The notes beneath the pieces were generated by a model. That model saw nothing but the letters and a program-made list of their open reading frames with translations. It did not search any database and was not told the DNA's origin. Both the position numbers and the translations under genes were made by a program. This document shows positions 49,778 to 60,501 of a stretch of 64,000 nucleotides of DNA, piece by piece. Numbering within the stretch: position 1 is the first letter of the stretch; every line of letters starts with the position of its first letter. The stretch is from Antedon mediterranea (lineage: Eukaryota > Animalia > Echinodermata): the NCBI RefSeq assembly GCF_964355755.1, contig NC_092670.1, positions 22,120,795-22,184,794 on the forward strand. Direction: 5' to 3'.

Positions 49778-51659
49778 ATGGTTTATATGAAAGTACATTC
49801 TGAAACTGAGGGTAGACTTCACCTTAAAAGAACACCAGGAATTCGCTCATGGAGTATATTAATAGGTTTGATTTGATCTTTATTTTATGGCCAGCTACAA
49901 CCACAGAATCACCCACACTAAGATCCATAATTACCTACTGTACAATCACTGTTCAAAGTCCTAATATTCAAACCAACCAAATAAAGTTTTCTTTAATAAT
50001 TCATTTTCTTGTTAGGATTCTTCGCGATTGGTTTTGGTCTTTGGAAATACACAGTAGACTCATTACCATGGAAACTATTATACATATCATTTTGTTTCAT
50101 GATTGGTGTAACAAGCATTGATGATTGGGAGGTGAGTGTGCCCATTTTATCAAGGATCATAATATATCTTTTTCAGTGGCCAATGCATGAGACATTAAAT
50201 TAAAATTAGTATAATCCATAATTGCGAAATACACTCTCTATGTTTACATTTTTTGTTTTCCTGTACTACATCAACCATTAAAATACAATACTCATGGTGG
50301 TTTAGTACATCAGTGTATTTATGGTGCATACCCCCATCCACATACTCCTCAATTTTATCTACCCAGAAAAACAAGCCAACAAATTTATTTTTTAGGATTG
50401 CATAATTGACAAGAAAAAGAATGAAGTCCGAATAAGCAAATCTGGTCTGATACGCAAGATATGCAGTATAGTAGCACCACCAAACTTTCGTAAGTATTTC
50501 TAAAGTTATGAACACTTTCTCGACCACTAGGGCACTGAGTTGTTTTGAATATGGTGAGGCCAAAAAGCAAAACAAACAAATAAAACACTAAAAAACAGGT
50601 TTTTAGTGTTTGTGCCTTTGTGAAAATTGTCATGGATTTTAATACAAAAAGTTAGGGGATCATAAACCTCTATCCATCCACCTCCATTTTTGGGGTGGGG
50701 GGGGGGGGGTGGATTTAATCTACTTTAAAGATATATTGTCCCCCTGAAAAAATAATTCTCAACAAAATTGTTGTTGAATATGCCATTTTAATGTATCAAT
50801 TATCCTAATACTTATGTACTGAAAAAATGTATTTACCTGAAAATATGTAATTTAAAGCACAAAATGGCCAGCCAATGGATTTTTGGTTGAATTAACCATT
50901 TATTTTGTCATTTTACAAGTGAAAACATTATTTTTTTTCATTATTTTTCTATGGAAGTGATTAACTTCATTAAAACTACAAAATAACATATTCAAAGTCT
51001 GATTTAATTAATCTTCATTTTTCATGTTTTTGGGGGACAATACATCTTTAATACTTTGGTATGGAAAATAGAGTCTGAAGCTTTATGTCTAAACATTACC
51101 CTACTGTTCTGTTTTATACCTTGTAGTCTGGTGTTTTGTGTCTAACCATTAACCTACTGTGCTGTTTTCTACCTTGTATTCTGGTGTTTTGTGTCTAACC
51201 ATTAACCTACTGTGCTGTTTTCTACCTTGTATTGTTGTTTTGTTTATAGTTGATTCATTTATATCTCAGTTGTAACAAATATAGAAGAGGTTAAATATGC
51301 AGATGTAGAAGAAGATGTTACCAAATTAGGCAAAGGTTGTTACGTTGTATTGAGGATGGAATCCGGAATGGCGTTGCCGTTAACCGACACTTGCACGCTG
51401 GGAGCAGATTCAAGGTAAGTGGTGTGCAATATTGTTTGCATAGCAGAATTAGGAAGGCCTAAATAAAAACTCTCAACCTCTTTATTCAGAAACTGATTTC
51501 TCTATTTTCTGTCTTCTTTTTAGTGAACATAGAGACATTGCTGATAAGATAAACGCATTCTTAAATCTAGATAGAAAAGAACCAAATAATATTGGATACA
51601 TGGAGGAGTTATCAACTTCATCAAGCGATTCAGAAAATGAAGACAGCAAAAATAAATGA
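49778..51659 (+). CDS. CYBC1: Cytochrome b-245 chaperone 1 (EROS/C17orf62) homolog, 5 coding exons
   Basis: Exons 49778-49865, 50016-50131, 50396-50489, 51270-51414, 51524-51659. MVYMKVHSETEGRLHLKRTPGIRSWSILIG...DSLPWKLLY...IDDWED...LGKGCYVVLRMESGMALPLT matches recalled human RLHLKRAPGIRSWS / LEDWEE / GKGYMVVLRL. Confidence 0.92.
50729..51047. mobile_element. Kolobok-like MITE
   Basis: TTAA|AGATATATTGTCCCCC ... GGGGGACAATACATCT|TTAA. Confidence 0.8.
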
Positions 51660-51707
51660 ATACATTGATAAACTAATTTGCATATCTATTAGCATTATTG
51701 CATACTC

Positions 51708-52233
51708 GTCAATAAAACACCAAACTTACCAAGCTAGTATGAATAGTCAAGTCAATGAAACACCAAACTTACCAAGCTAGTATGAATAGTCAAGTCAATG
51801 AAACACCAAACTTACCAAGCTAGTATGAATAGTCAAGTCAATGAAACACCAAACTTACCAAGCTAGTATGAATAGTCAAGTCAATGAAACACCAAACTTA
51901 CCAAGCTAGTATGAATAGTCAAGTCAATGAAACACCAAACTTACCAAGCTAGTATGAATAGTCAAGTCAATAAAACACCAAACTTACCAAGCTAGTATGA
52001 ATAGTCAAGTCAATGAAACACCAAACTTACCAAGCTAGTATGAATAGTCAAGTCAATGAAACACCAAACTTACCAAGCTAGTATGAATAGTCAAGTCAAT
52101 GAAACACCAAACTTACCAAGCTAGTATGAATAGTCAAGTCAATAAAACACCAAACTTACCAAGCTAGTATGAATAGTCAAGTCAATAAAACACCAAACTT
52201 ACCAAGCTAGTATGAATAGTCAAGTCAATGAAA
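51708..52233. repeat. 43-bp tandem repeat, about 12 copies, downstream of the CYBC1 stop
   Basis: Unit GTCAAT(G/A)AAACACCAAACTTACCAAGCTAGTATGAATAGTCAA. Confidence 0.95.
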
Positions 52234-53678
52234 ACTCAAACTGTAGTGAAGATGAAGCTTGGTAGATAACATGCTTATCTTCCAATCCTAAGGTTCAATG
52301 CTGACCTACCAGTAGTCTAGGTTCTAGACCCAAATTAGTAAAAAGATAAATATGTTTGCACATATGGCGTTTCATACGTATAATACTTGAGCTCACATTT
52401 TTTCAGACCAAAATTGAAACGCCGTAAAAAAAGACAATATCTAAAGCTTTGGAGCAAGTCTAACCTAACAATTATAGTACCAGGGTTGTGCTCACAACTG
52501 TGAGTTAGTTTATAAGCATTGTTCATCCATCCTGTAATAGGAAAGTAACTTGTTGTTTGAACATGTCGAAATTTAAAACATTCCCAATAATACCAAAGGT
52601 TTAGGTTAAAATCAAGCGATGGTACTTTGACATAAAGGTCAATGTTCTGATTATACACTAGCATGGTTACTTGTCACAATATGACCTGAAAAAGTTATAA
52701 TGTATTTTTATATAACATAACTGTGAACATATTTACTATTATTTAAATTTTATATTTTTAATAAAAGCAGTAAGCAAAAATAATAGACAAATATATAATT
52801 TTTATCAATTTATGTAATAGAATAAAATAAATTAAAAAGGTCATCTAGCCTTCTTGTAAACCACATTTATTTTTTAATGTTTTCAATCATGGAGGTTATT
52901 GTGCATGATTCAATCCAATGTTGAAATAAATTGATAATAGATATAAGGACGAGTTATGTCTGTAATGTTATGACCTGGAAAGTCACTGTAAAATATGGTA
53001 CTCGGACATTTGCAAATATTGGATGTTATTTAATACACTTTTATTCTTTTGGCGTGTCATATATAGTGTACAGATTTGTTTTTACTTATTAGACGCGCCA
53101 TACCTAAACGTTGTTATTGTTCATCACAGCCAGAACTAAACGAACATTTATAAATGGCATGAGTTACATATTTCAACAATAAAAGCATTGAAAATGTAAG
53201 TTTTATTGATAGAAAGTTTATAGGGAGATTTATTAGTTATTAAAGTCTAATATGAAAGAGTGAAAATGTAAATTCCGGATAAATTAGTCTTTTAACATAT
53301 GTTGTAAGCTAGGCCCACAAAATGTGGTAGCTGCACCGTAACAATTGTAGACCATTTCGTGCGTATATCCTTGGTCGGTAAACAACCGTGGACATTTGGT
53401 CCCAAATATCATGAAGGGTTAACAATACCAAGGTCTACCAGTGTGTTGTTACTGGTCGTACTCTTAATTATATACTTTATATATAGAGATATTAGAATAA
53501 TAATTTAGTCTTAAAAATTTTAGTTAGAAATGTAAAAGTAAGTACTGCTCATTGAAATAAAAAGGCTCTCGTAGATTTTATGTGAGTCGTATGTTGGTTT
53601 GAAAACTTGTTACCATTGTGGCAAAGCAGAAAATGAGATTTTAAATTGTTTAAAACAAAATTATTTTATTAAATATAG

Positions 53679-55042
53679 GAATAAAGAATACACATCGAGT
53701 ACAGATCCAACAATTATAGATGAAAAAGAACTATGGAATAAAAATGGCCGCTATAAACGTTATTGGACCCATCACCAACAAGTGTCAAAATGGATGAAAA
53801 AATATTCAACAAATTATAAAAAACAGTCACATTACCATAGCAATCAAATAAACTCATACATACCTTATTATAATAACCCATATCACATGACAAACAGTCA
53901 ACGGAAAATGCAGAATCGTCACGGATACCAATCACATGACGGTAATTATTCACATTGGCCTGAAGGTCATGTGATAAATCATGCTGACGATGCAAACTTC
54001 GATGAAGATGAACTTTCAGATGATAGTTTTGAAATGGAAATAAGCGAGGAGTTAAGACATTTCTTTTCGGTTTCAGCCAAGTTCAAAGAAGAAAGAAGTG
54101 AGTATCGTTGTGATATATATTATTTGAATATGGAATTGCATAAAGACAAGTGAAGAATAGATGCTCATGTGGGAAACAATTCCATATATTTTGGTCCTTG
54201 TATTGTACAAAAAAAGTATGATGTTCCCAAATATGGCATTGATATGCCCAAATATGGTAGTGGTATTACATCATCATGTCCATATATGGGCACATTTTGT
54301 CAAATAAAGTTTGATAATGTAAACATAGCTTAAGCTAAACCTTTAAAATAATATTGGGATTACTGTAGATGTGCAATAAGTTAGATCGATTGTAACATTT
54401 ATTTGAACAAAGAAACACATGACTAAATATGTATGTTTATTGCCAAACTGCTTATGCTCTCTAAACTATATCCTATACCATTCTTATTTAAATAACTAAA
54501 GTAAAACTATCTTTTCTCTTTTATTCAGGAAAAGCTAGAGAGTCGGAAGCATTAGAAGATGAATCAGGTAAATTTATTAAGAATTTCATATTTATTTGAT
54601 ATAAAGTCTAAAGATAGACAATGAAACTCTACACTAATGACTCAAAAGCCTGAACTACCTATCCTAAATAAACTATATATACTATACACCTATATTAGAA
54701 AATTAGTTATACTGTATATAAATGATTTTCAGCTCATTCTGCTCAACAATTAAAGAGAAGTACAGCGCCACCATCGGAACGCCCAGGACAACGACGATTG
54801 AAAGAAATGAAGGTACATACATTTTTTCTTTTTGATTTGCACCAACTATAATTAAATTGGTAACGATAAATTACTGTAAAGTGATAGATTTCTTATATTA
54901 TTTGGTTTTTTTTTTTCAGGATCTCTATGGAAAGAATGCTGCTATGATTCATGGGATGGAAACAGCACTTCAACTACAATTTGATCGAGCATGTGACAAA
55001 AAGCAGCCTTCTCATTGGCCAATTATACCTCTTAATGTTTGA
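53679..55042 (+). CDS. GEMIN8: Gem-associated protein 8 (SMN complex)
   Basis: Exons 53679-54097, 54529-54567, 54733-54812, 54920-55042; the start is apparently on an upstream exon. Motifs: [64 protein letters not shown]. Confidence 0.92.
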
Positions 55043-56310
55043 AAATGCAGAAATTGAGATAGACTTTCATACGCCATAGTCAATAGAATGACTATGATTA
55101 CGCTTATCGTATAATAGATTCATAGTAACCCATTATGTTAAAAAAAAATCAGTGTACTCATGGAGTAAAGAATATACTCCATGGTGTACTATAATACTAA
55201 TTAGAGGGATTTTTTTCTTCAAAATATCGACTTTATACTGTAGAATTCAATTATTATGCAATAATATTGTTATATGTGACTATATATTGTGTTGTTATCA
55301 TTCTTAGTAATAGTGTCAAAAATGAAATTTAACCATATTTTTAATCCTTTGCTATTAGGCCTAATATATAGGTTTTTTTTTTTAGAGAAATGGAAAATGG
55401 ATTGATGCAACATGAAAAATTGCAAAAATATTGACTTTAAAATAATGTTGAGGTAACATACACAGAACCCATTATGTGATTCTGCGAATGCCAAAAAATC
55501 GACTTGTTAAATATATATTGAGGTGACATGCGCAGATCACAGTATGTAATTCTGCGCATGTCGCATTATGATAATAGTAACCAACAATGTCAACAATTAA
55601 AGGGGTAGAAATGTTGCCATTTTTCGAAAAATATCCGTGTACTCTTTACAGGGATTAGTTTGAAAAATTTCCAGAATTTTGACAATATATATGACAATAT
55701 GATTTATTTCTTTGGTGACCCTTTCAGCGTATGAAAGAACTATGCAATAATACTACTATATATGACCATATATTTCGGTATCATAATCTTATAGACTTAA
55801 TAGTAACCAGTTGTGCCTAAAAATGGTCGCGATTAGACCTTCTTTTCATGGCCAGACTATCGACTTTTCAAAATCGTATGGTGCCTATACTACCAATAAT
55901 ATGTCAAAAGTAATATAACGGAGGGGACAAAGAGAATAAAATTCATTAAATTCATTTAGGCCTAATCAAGAAAATAGAAAAAAAGTAAAGTTTGTGATCA
56001 AGTGGTAGTAGCTTTTTTTAGGAGTTTAGTTTGCTAGCTAATAGCTAGTGTAAAATGATTGATTATCAATTATCAAATGGGGCTGAAACTATTTCTATGA
56101 ACCCATTTCGGTAAATTTCCATACAATAGTAATTCGATTTTCTAATAACAATACGTTACACACTTCGTAAACATGTATGTATTGTTAACACATTCACTTC
56201 AGTCGGTAAAAATATTTCTTTTATCTCAAGCAACGTCCCATGTCACTCATATGAATAGAACTTGCATGAATAACTCTATATCTGACAGGCCTCTATAGAG
56301 AATCTACGTC

Positions 56311-57697
56311 ATGGATTCCATAATGAAGAGTGCTTTTCTCTACATATTTTTGGGGTTTTTTGTTTCTTCTTTGGCAAAAATACCAACTGAAGAAGTACTT
56401 GCTGGAACTAAGAACTTCGGACTAGATTGCATAGTTCAGAATGTAGACGACTATGACGTTTTTTGGTATTTTGATGATGAAGTTTCAAATGCAGAGACAA
56501 TAGTCAGTGTTAACAAAGATGTCATAAATACATTCGGTAATTTATATAGACTTATTATTATTATTATTATTATTTATTGCCAAAAACCAGTTACAAACAA
56601 ACAAAACACAGAAACTAAGGGAGTAGGCAGGAACCTAAAAGTGAACCTAATCACTATAACAAGAGTTCAGGTTCCGTACTCCCAAAGTAACAACAATGCT
56701 ATAAAATAAACTATATAAAAATATTTAAAAAACAAATAGACGAATCAACAGTGTCAATATAAAATAAACGGATATAATGTCGCAACACACAACTACCGTC
56801 TCGTTTTCAGAAATGTTCACGCATTCTATGAAGGCCGTTACTTGTGCAAACGGATTCTCAAAACGGAAAGCTATTCTAATGAACCAAGTGTAGTAGACAT
56901 TTTTGTCAAAGTGTATACACTGTCCGATGATCCAACGATTTTATGTAATATTGATAAACTTAATATCATCGAAGGTGTAACCCGGGTAAATGCAACTTAC
57001 AAAGTCATTGTAGGAGATATTCCAGTAAATGTTAGAGTCTGCTTAATGGATAATGAACACAAATTACACTGTTGCAAGGAACTAGACAGCCCACAGCAAG
57101 GTGTATTTAATAATGGATCTTATAGAACATTAACACGTAAAAAGAACAGATTTTATTTTGAAGCATCCCATGATTATCTTTCACAGAACTTGACATGTTC
57201 TACACAAATACCAAATATTATGCATCCGCCAGAATTTTTTAGTATGCCCGATATCGCAGAATATAACGCAGGGGATTATTTAGCCCTACCAATGAATGTG
57301 ACGTCAAACCCCTTGAGGATGGGTGTTTCAATTCGTCAATGCGTTGGAAATGAATCACAATGTTTGATGTCCCAAATTATACATGAAACTGAAATAAAGA
57401 TTATGTCTTGGACTACTTTTCAAAAGGAATTATATTATTTCCAACAACAAGACAACGTTGACGGAAAATGATCATGGTACCAGGATTATGGTCATAGCAG
57501 ATAATGGCATTGGTACAGATTTTCATATCTTTACATTGTATTGCAAGACAAGGAATACGGATCAGGGAGGTAAATGGAAGAATATTTTAACCTTTGTATG
57601 TGGGTGTATCGTAGGAAAATTCGGACCAAAAATTGTGAAATATTTCTATCACCGGATACACGGAGAGAGAGAACCAGAAAGAGATATAATCGAGTAA
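56311..57697 (+). pseudogene. Ig-domain membrane protein paralog A, disrupted
   Basis: Signal-peptide-like start, GLDC..W, YRLV...EGRYLC; colinear with 58650-59807. Broken by an insertion of about 220 bp (56551-56770) and a frameshift near 57380-57440. Confidence 0.75.
56551..56770 (-). mobile_element. Retroelement 3'-end fragment inserted in Ig paralog A
   Basis: Absent from paralog B; the minus strand ends AATAAA(TAA)n. Confidence 0.6.
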
Positions 57698-57926
57698 TCA
57701 AAACTCTAGCAATGTCAATGTCTTGATTGAAAGCAAGATATAATCAAAAAGTGTAGAGTAAAGTTATGGCTTCAAAAATTCTCCCTATTATGTTGAATGC
57801 AGCATTTGCATGTGTTTTCTTTGGGGGTTTTTTTGGTATTGCATTGGGTCATTGAAAAATGTAATTGTTTAATTTGTTATGATGTTAGCTAATTTTTCTT
57901 GATTGGTGTTGATTCATATATTATAA

Positions 57927-58084
57927 TTAGAATTTGTAGTCTGTTGTATATATTGGTCGTGGGCCAGACTTCGCCGCATCTTGTTCTTCAACCTTTTCTT
58001 TGCGAATGAAGTCGTTTAGTTGATTAATCATCAACACTAACTTCTGCTGCATCTCATCACATTCAATCTGGATTGGCTCGACTC
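57927..58084 (-). CDS. Duplicated, still-open terminal exon of the polycystin gene
   Basis: Near-identical to 60502-60656 with an intact acceptor; reads GVEPIQIECDEMQQKLVLMINQLNDFIRKEKVEEQDAAKSGPRPIYTTDYKF*. Confidence 0.5.
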
Positions 58085-58649
58085 CTGTTATAAGTTAACA
58101 AATAGGAAAGGTATAAATAATGAAAATGAAATTCTAGTTTTAGATATGAGATGTACTTTGATATAATATAATTAAGAATACAGTAGAATCCCTGACTCAA
58201 CAAAGTGTCACTTTCATATGGAATGAATAGAGGTTAGCTGTGAATAGGAGTGTTCCAAAAGAAGGTTTTTACTGTATTTAATTCTATATATTTCTCATTT
58301 TTTGTTTGGTTTGAATGGATTGTAAATAAACAAATATATGGTTGTATAATGTGTTTTGTCTTTTGTGATTATTGGTGCAACTCTAAAATTAAACGTGTCT
58401 ACTTGTTTATTACTAGTGAAAATGATATTAGTTATATCGTTGAGCCCTATCGACTATATAACTTTTACACACTTGCACTTGCACATCCCAAACAGGAAAA
58501 ACCTTTTGTGTTGATTCCACATAGTAAATAATACTAACAATAGTGGGCCTATGTGCATGAGTGACTGTTTGAAAAGATAATTAAATGATATGTAAATTGA
58601 AGAAATCATAAAGAAGAAAACCAAAACAGTTGTCCTATTTAGGCCTAGG

Positions 58650-59807
58650 TTGTCCTACACATCGCTGTCATTGTATTCCACAGAAAACACAGCTTTGTTC
58701 TTCGTAGTTTTAGGATTTGTTGGTTACTCACTTGAACTACCACCAGATACATTGCAAGTACTTGTTGGAACTGAGAACGTCGGCCTAGATTGCGTAGTTG
58801 AAATTACAGAAGAGTATGACGTGGTTTGGTTTTATTTCGATGCCTTGACTACAAATTCAGAAACGGAAATAAGTCTGAACGAAAATGTTGTTCTCGGTGA
58901 CGTATACAATATTGAGTATATTGCGACAACACATAACTATCGTCTTGTTATAAAAAAAGTTCACAAATTACTTGAAGGTCTTTACTTTTGCAAACTGATT
59001 CCTAAAACTAATAAACATGATACAAATGATGATGATGAGTCATGTGTAGTAGACATTTTTGTTGAAGTGTATACACTGCCCGATGATCCAAAGGTACTAT
59101 GTGATATTGATAAACTTAATGTCATCGAGTGTGAGACTCGTGTAAATATAACTTACAAAGTCAATGTAGGAGATATTCCAGTAAATGTTACAATCTGGTT
59201 GATGGACACCGAAGACAAATTACACCAATTCAAGGATGTGTACAACCCACGACATGATGTATTTAACAGTGCAGCTTATATACCATTAACACGTAAAATG
59301 AATAGATTTTATTTTGTAGTATCACACGGTCTCCTTCCAAATAACTTAACTTGTTCTACTCCAACACCTAATATTATGTATCGACCACAGTTTCTGAATA
59401 TGCCCAAAACGGTAGAATATAACACAGGGGATTACTTAAAATTGCCATTAAATTTGACTTCAAACCCTATGGATTTTCATGTATACCATGAATGTCACTG
59501 TGACAAAAAATCACTATGTCCGATATGCACAGAAAAATTACTCGTAAATGGTACTGAAAAAAATGGTATTTACATTGTTTTCAACAACCAGACCAAATTG
59601 ACGACATATGACAATGGTACACGGATTATGGTTAGAGTTCAAAATTGCATTGGCAAAGATATGCATGTCTTCAATCTGCATTGCAAGAATGGACATAGTC
59701 TTGATGGGGCGTTTGATCAGGGCCAGGGAGGTGAATGGGAGTTTGATGTTTCCTCATTTATATGTGGGTTCATCGTTGGCGGAATATTTATTTATTTATT
59801 TTGTTAG
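58650..59807 (+). CDS. Intronless Ig-superfamily type I membrane protein paralog B (start codon uncertain)
   Basis: 385-codon open frame: hydrophobic leader, Ig V/I-like C..W..YRLVI..EGLYFC, further beta-rich domains with many NxS/T sites, C-terminal hydrophobic segment. No ATG at the position equivalent to paralog A's start. Confidence 0.7.
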   Translation: MSYTSLSLYSTENTALFFVVLGFVGYSLELPPDTLQVLVGTENVGLDCVVEITEEYDVVWFYFDALTTNSETEISLNENVVLGDVYNIEYIATTHNYRLVIKKVHKLLEGLYFCKLIPKTNKHDTNDDDESCVVDIFVEVYTLPDDPKVLCDIDKLNVIECETRVNITYKVNVGDIPVNVTIWLMDTEDKLHQFKDVYNPRHDVFNSAAYIPLTRKMNRFYFVVSHGLLPNNLTCSTPTPNIMYRPQFLNMPKTVEYNTGDYLKLPLNLTSNPMDFHVYHECHCDKKSLCPICTEKLLVNGTEKNGIYIVFNNQTKLTTYDNGTRIMVRVQNCIGKDMHVFNLHCKNGHSLDGAFDQGQGGEWEFDVSSFICGFIVGGIFIYLFC

Positions 59808-60501
59808 TTTACTACTGTAAATTCCATTTACTTCCTTCTATCACATAGAATTGTGAACATACTGTACGATAAGTATACTTTATATGCGTATATGCAACAA
59901 CCACTACACTAGAAATTAAAGTGAGCAGTTGATGGAACTGATCAAGAAAGTAGGTGGGTGGTGCTACTGTCAGCAAATGAAAATATAAAGCATAAATTAT
60001 ACAGACGATAATGTTTATTAATATTATTACCTCAATATATAAATTACAAAAGCGATTTTTCCTCTGAATGTAATAAAGGAAACAGAAAGCTAACAATTAA
60101 TCTTGGATGGAAAAAAAAGATTTTAGTTTTCGCCCAAAGGTAACTATTTTTAAAACATATAAAATCATTTTCACAAAACAAAATATTACATAATGAACTT
60201 CTTAATCACGTCTGGAAGAGAAGTTTAGTCAATAAAACTACTAGAACAATCAAAAGCTAATTGTATTACTGTATTATCAACATAATTATAAATTGACTGC
60301 CAATATTAAAGTTACATTAATTTTAGCAAGACGGTAAATTGCTAATCATACACTTATGTACATATTATAAGTACAATGGAAAAAAAGTAGAATTATACTA
60401 ATATCTTGATTCGTTTGTTCTGTATATTATTGGTCTTTGGCTATCTTTACTCTAAATCAGTCTGTTGTATATTATTGGTCTTTGGCTATCTTTACTCTAA
60501 A

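Noticed and set aside
56537-56810. Insertion in Ig paralog A removed as a new intron
   Set aside because: The nearest GT (phase 1) and AG (phase 2) are frame-incompatible, and a downstream frameshift remains.
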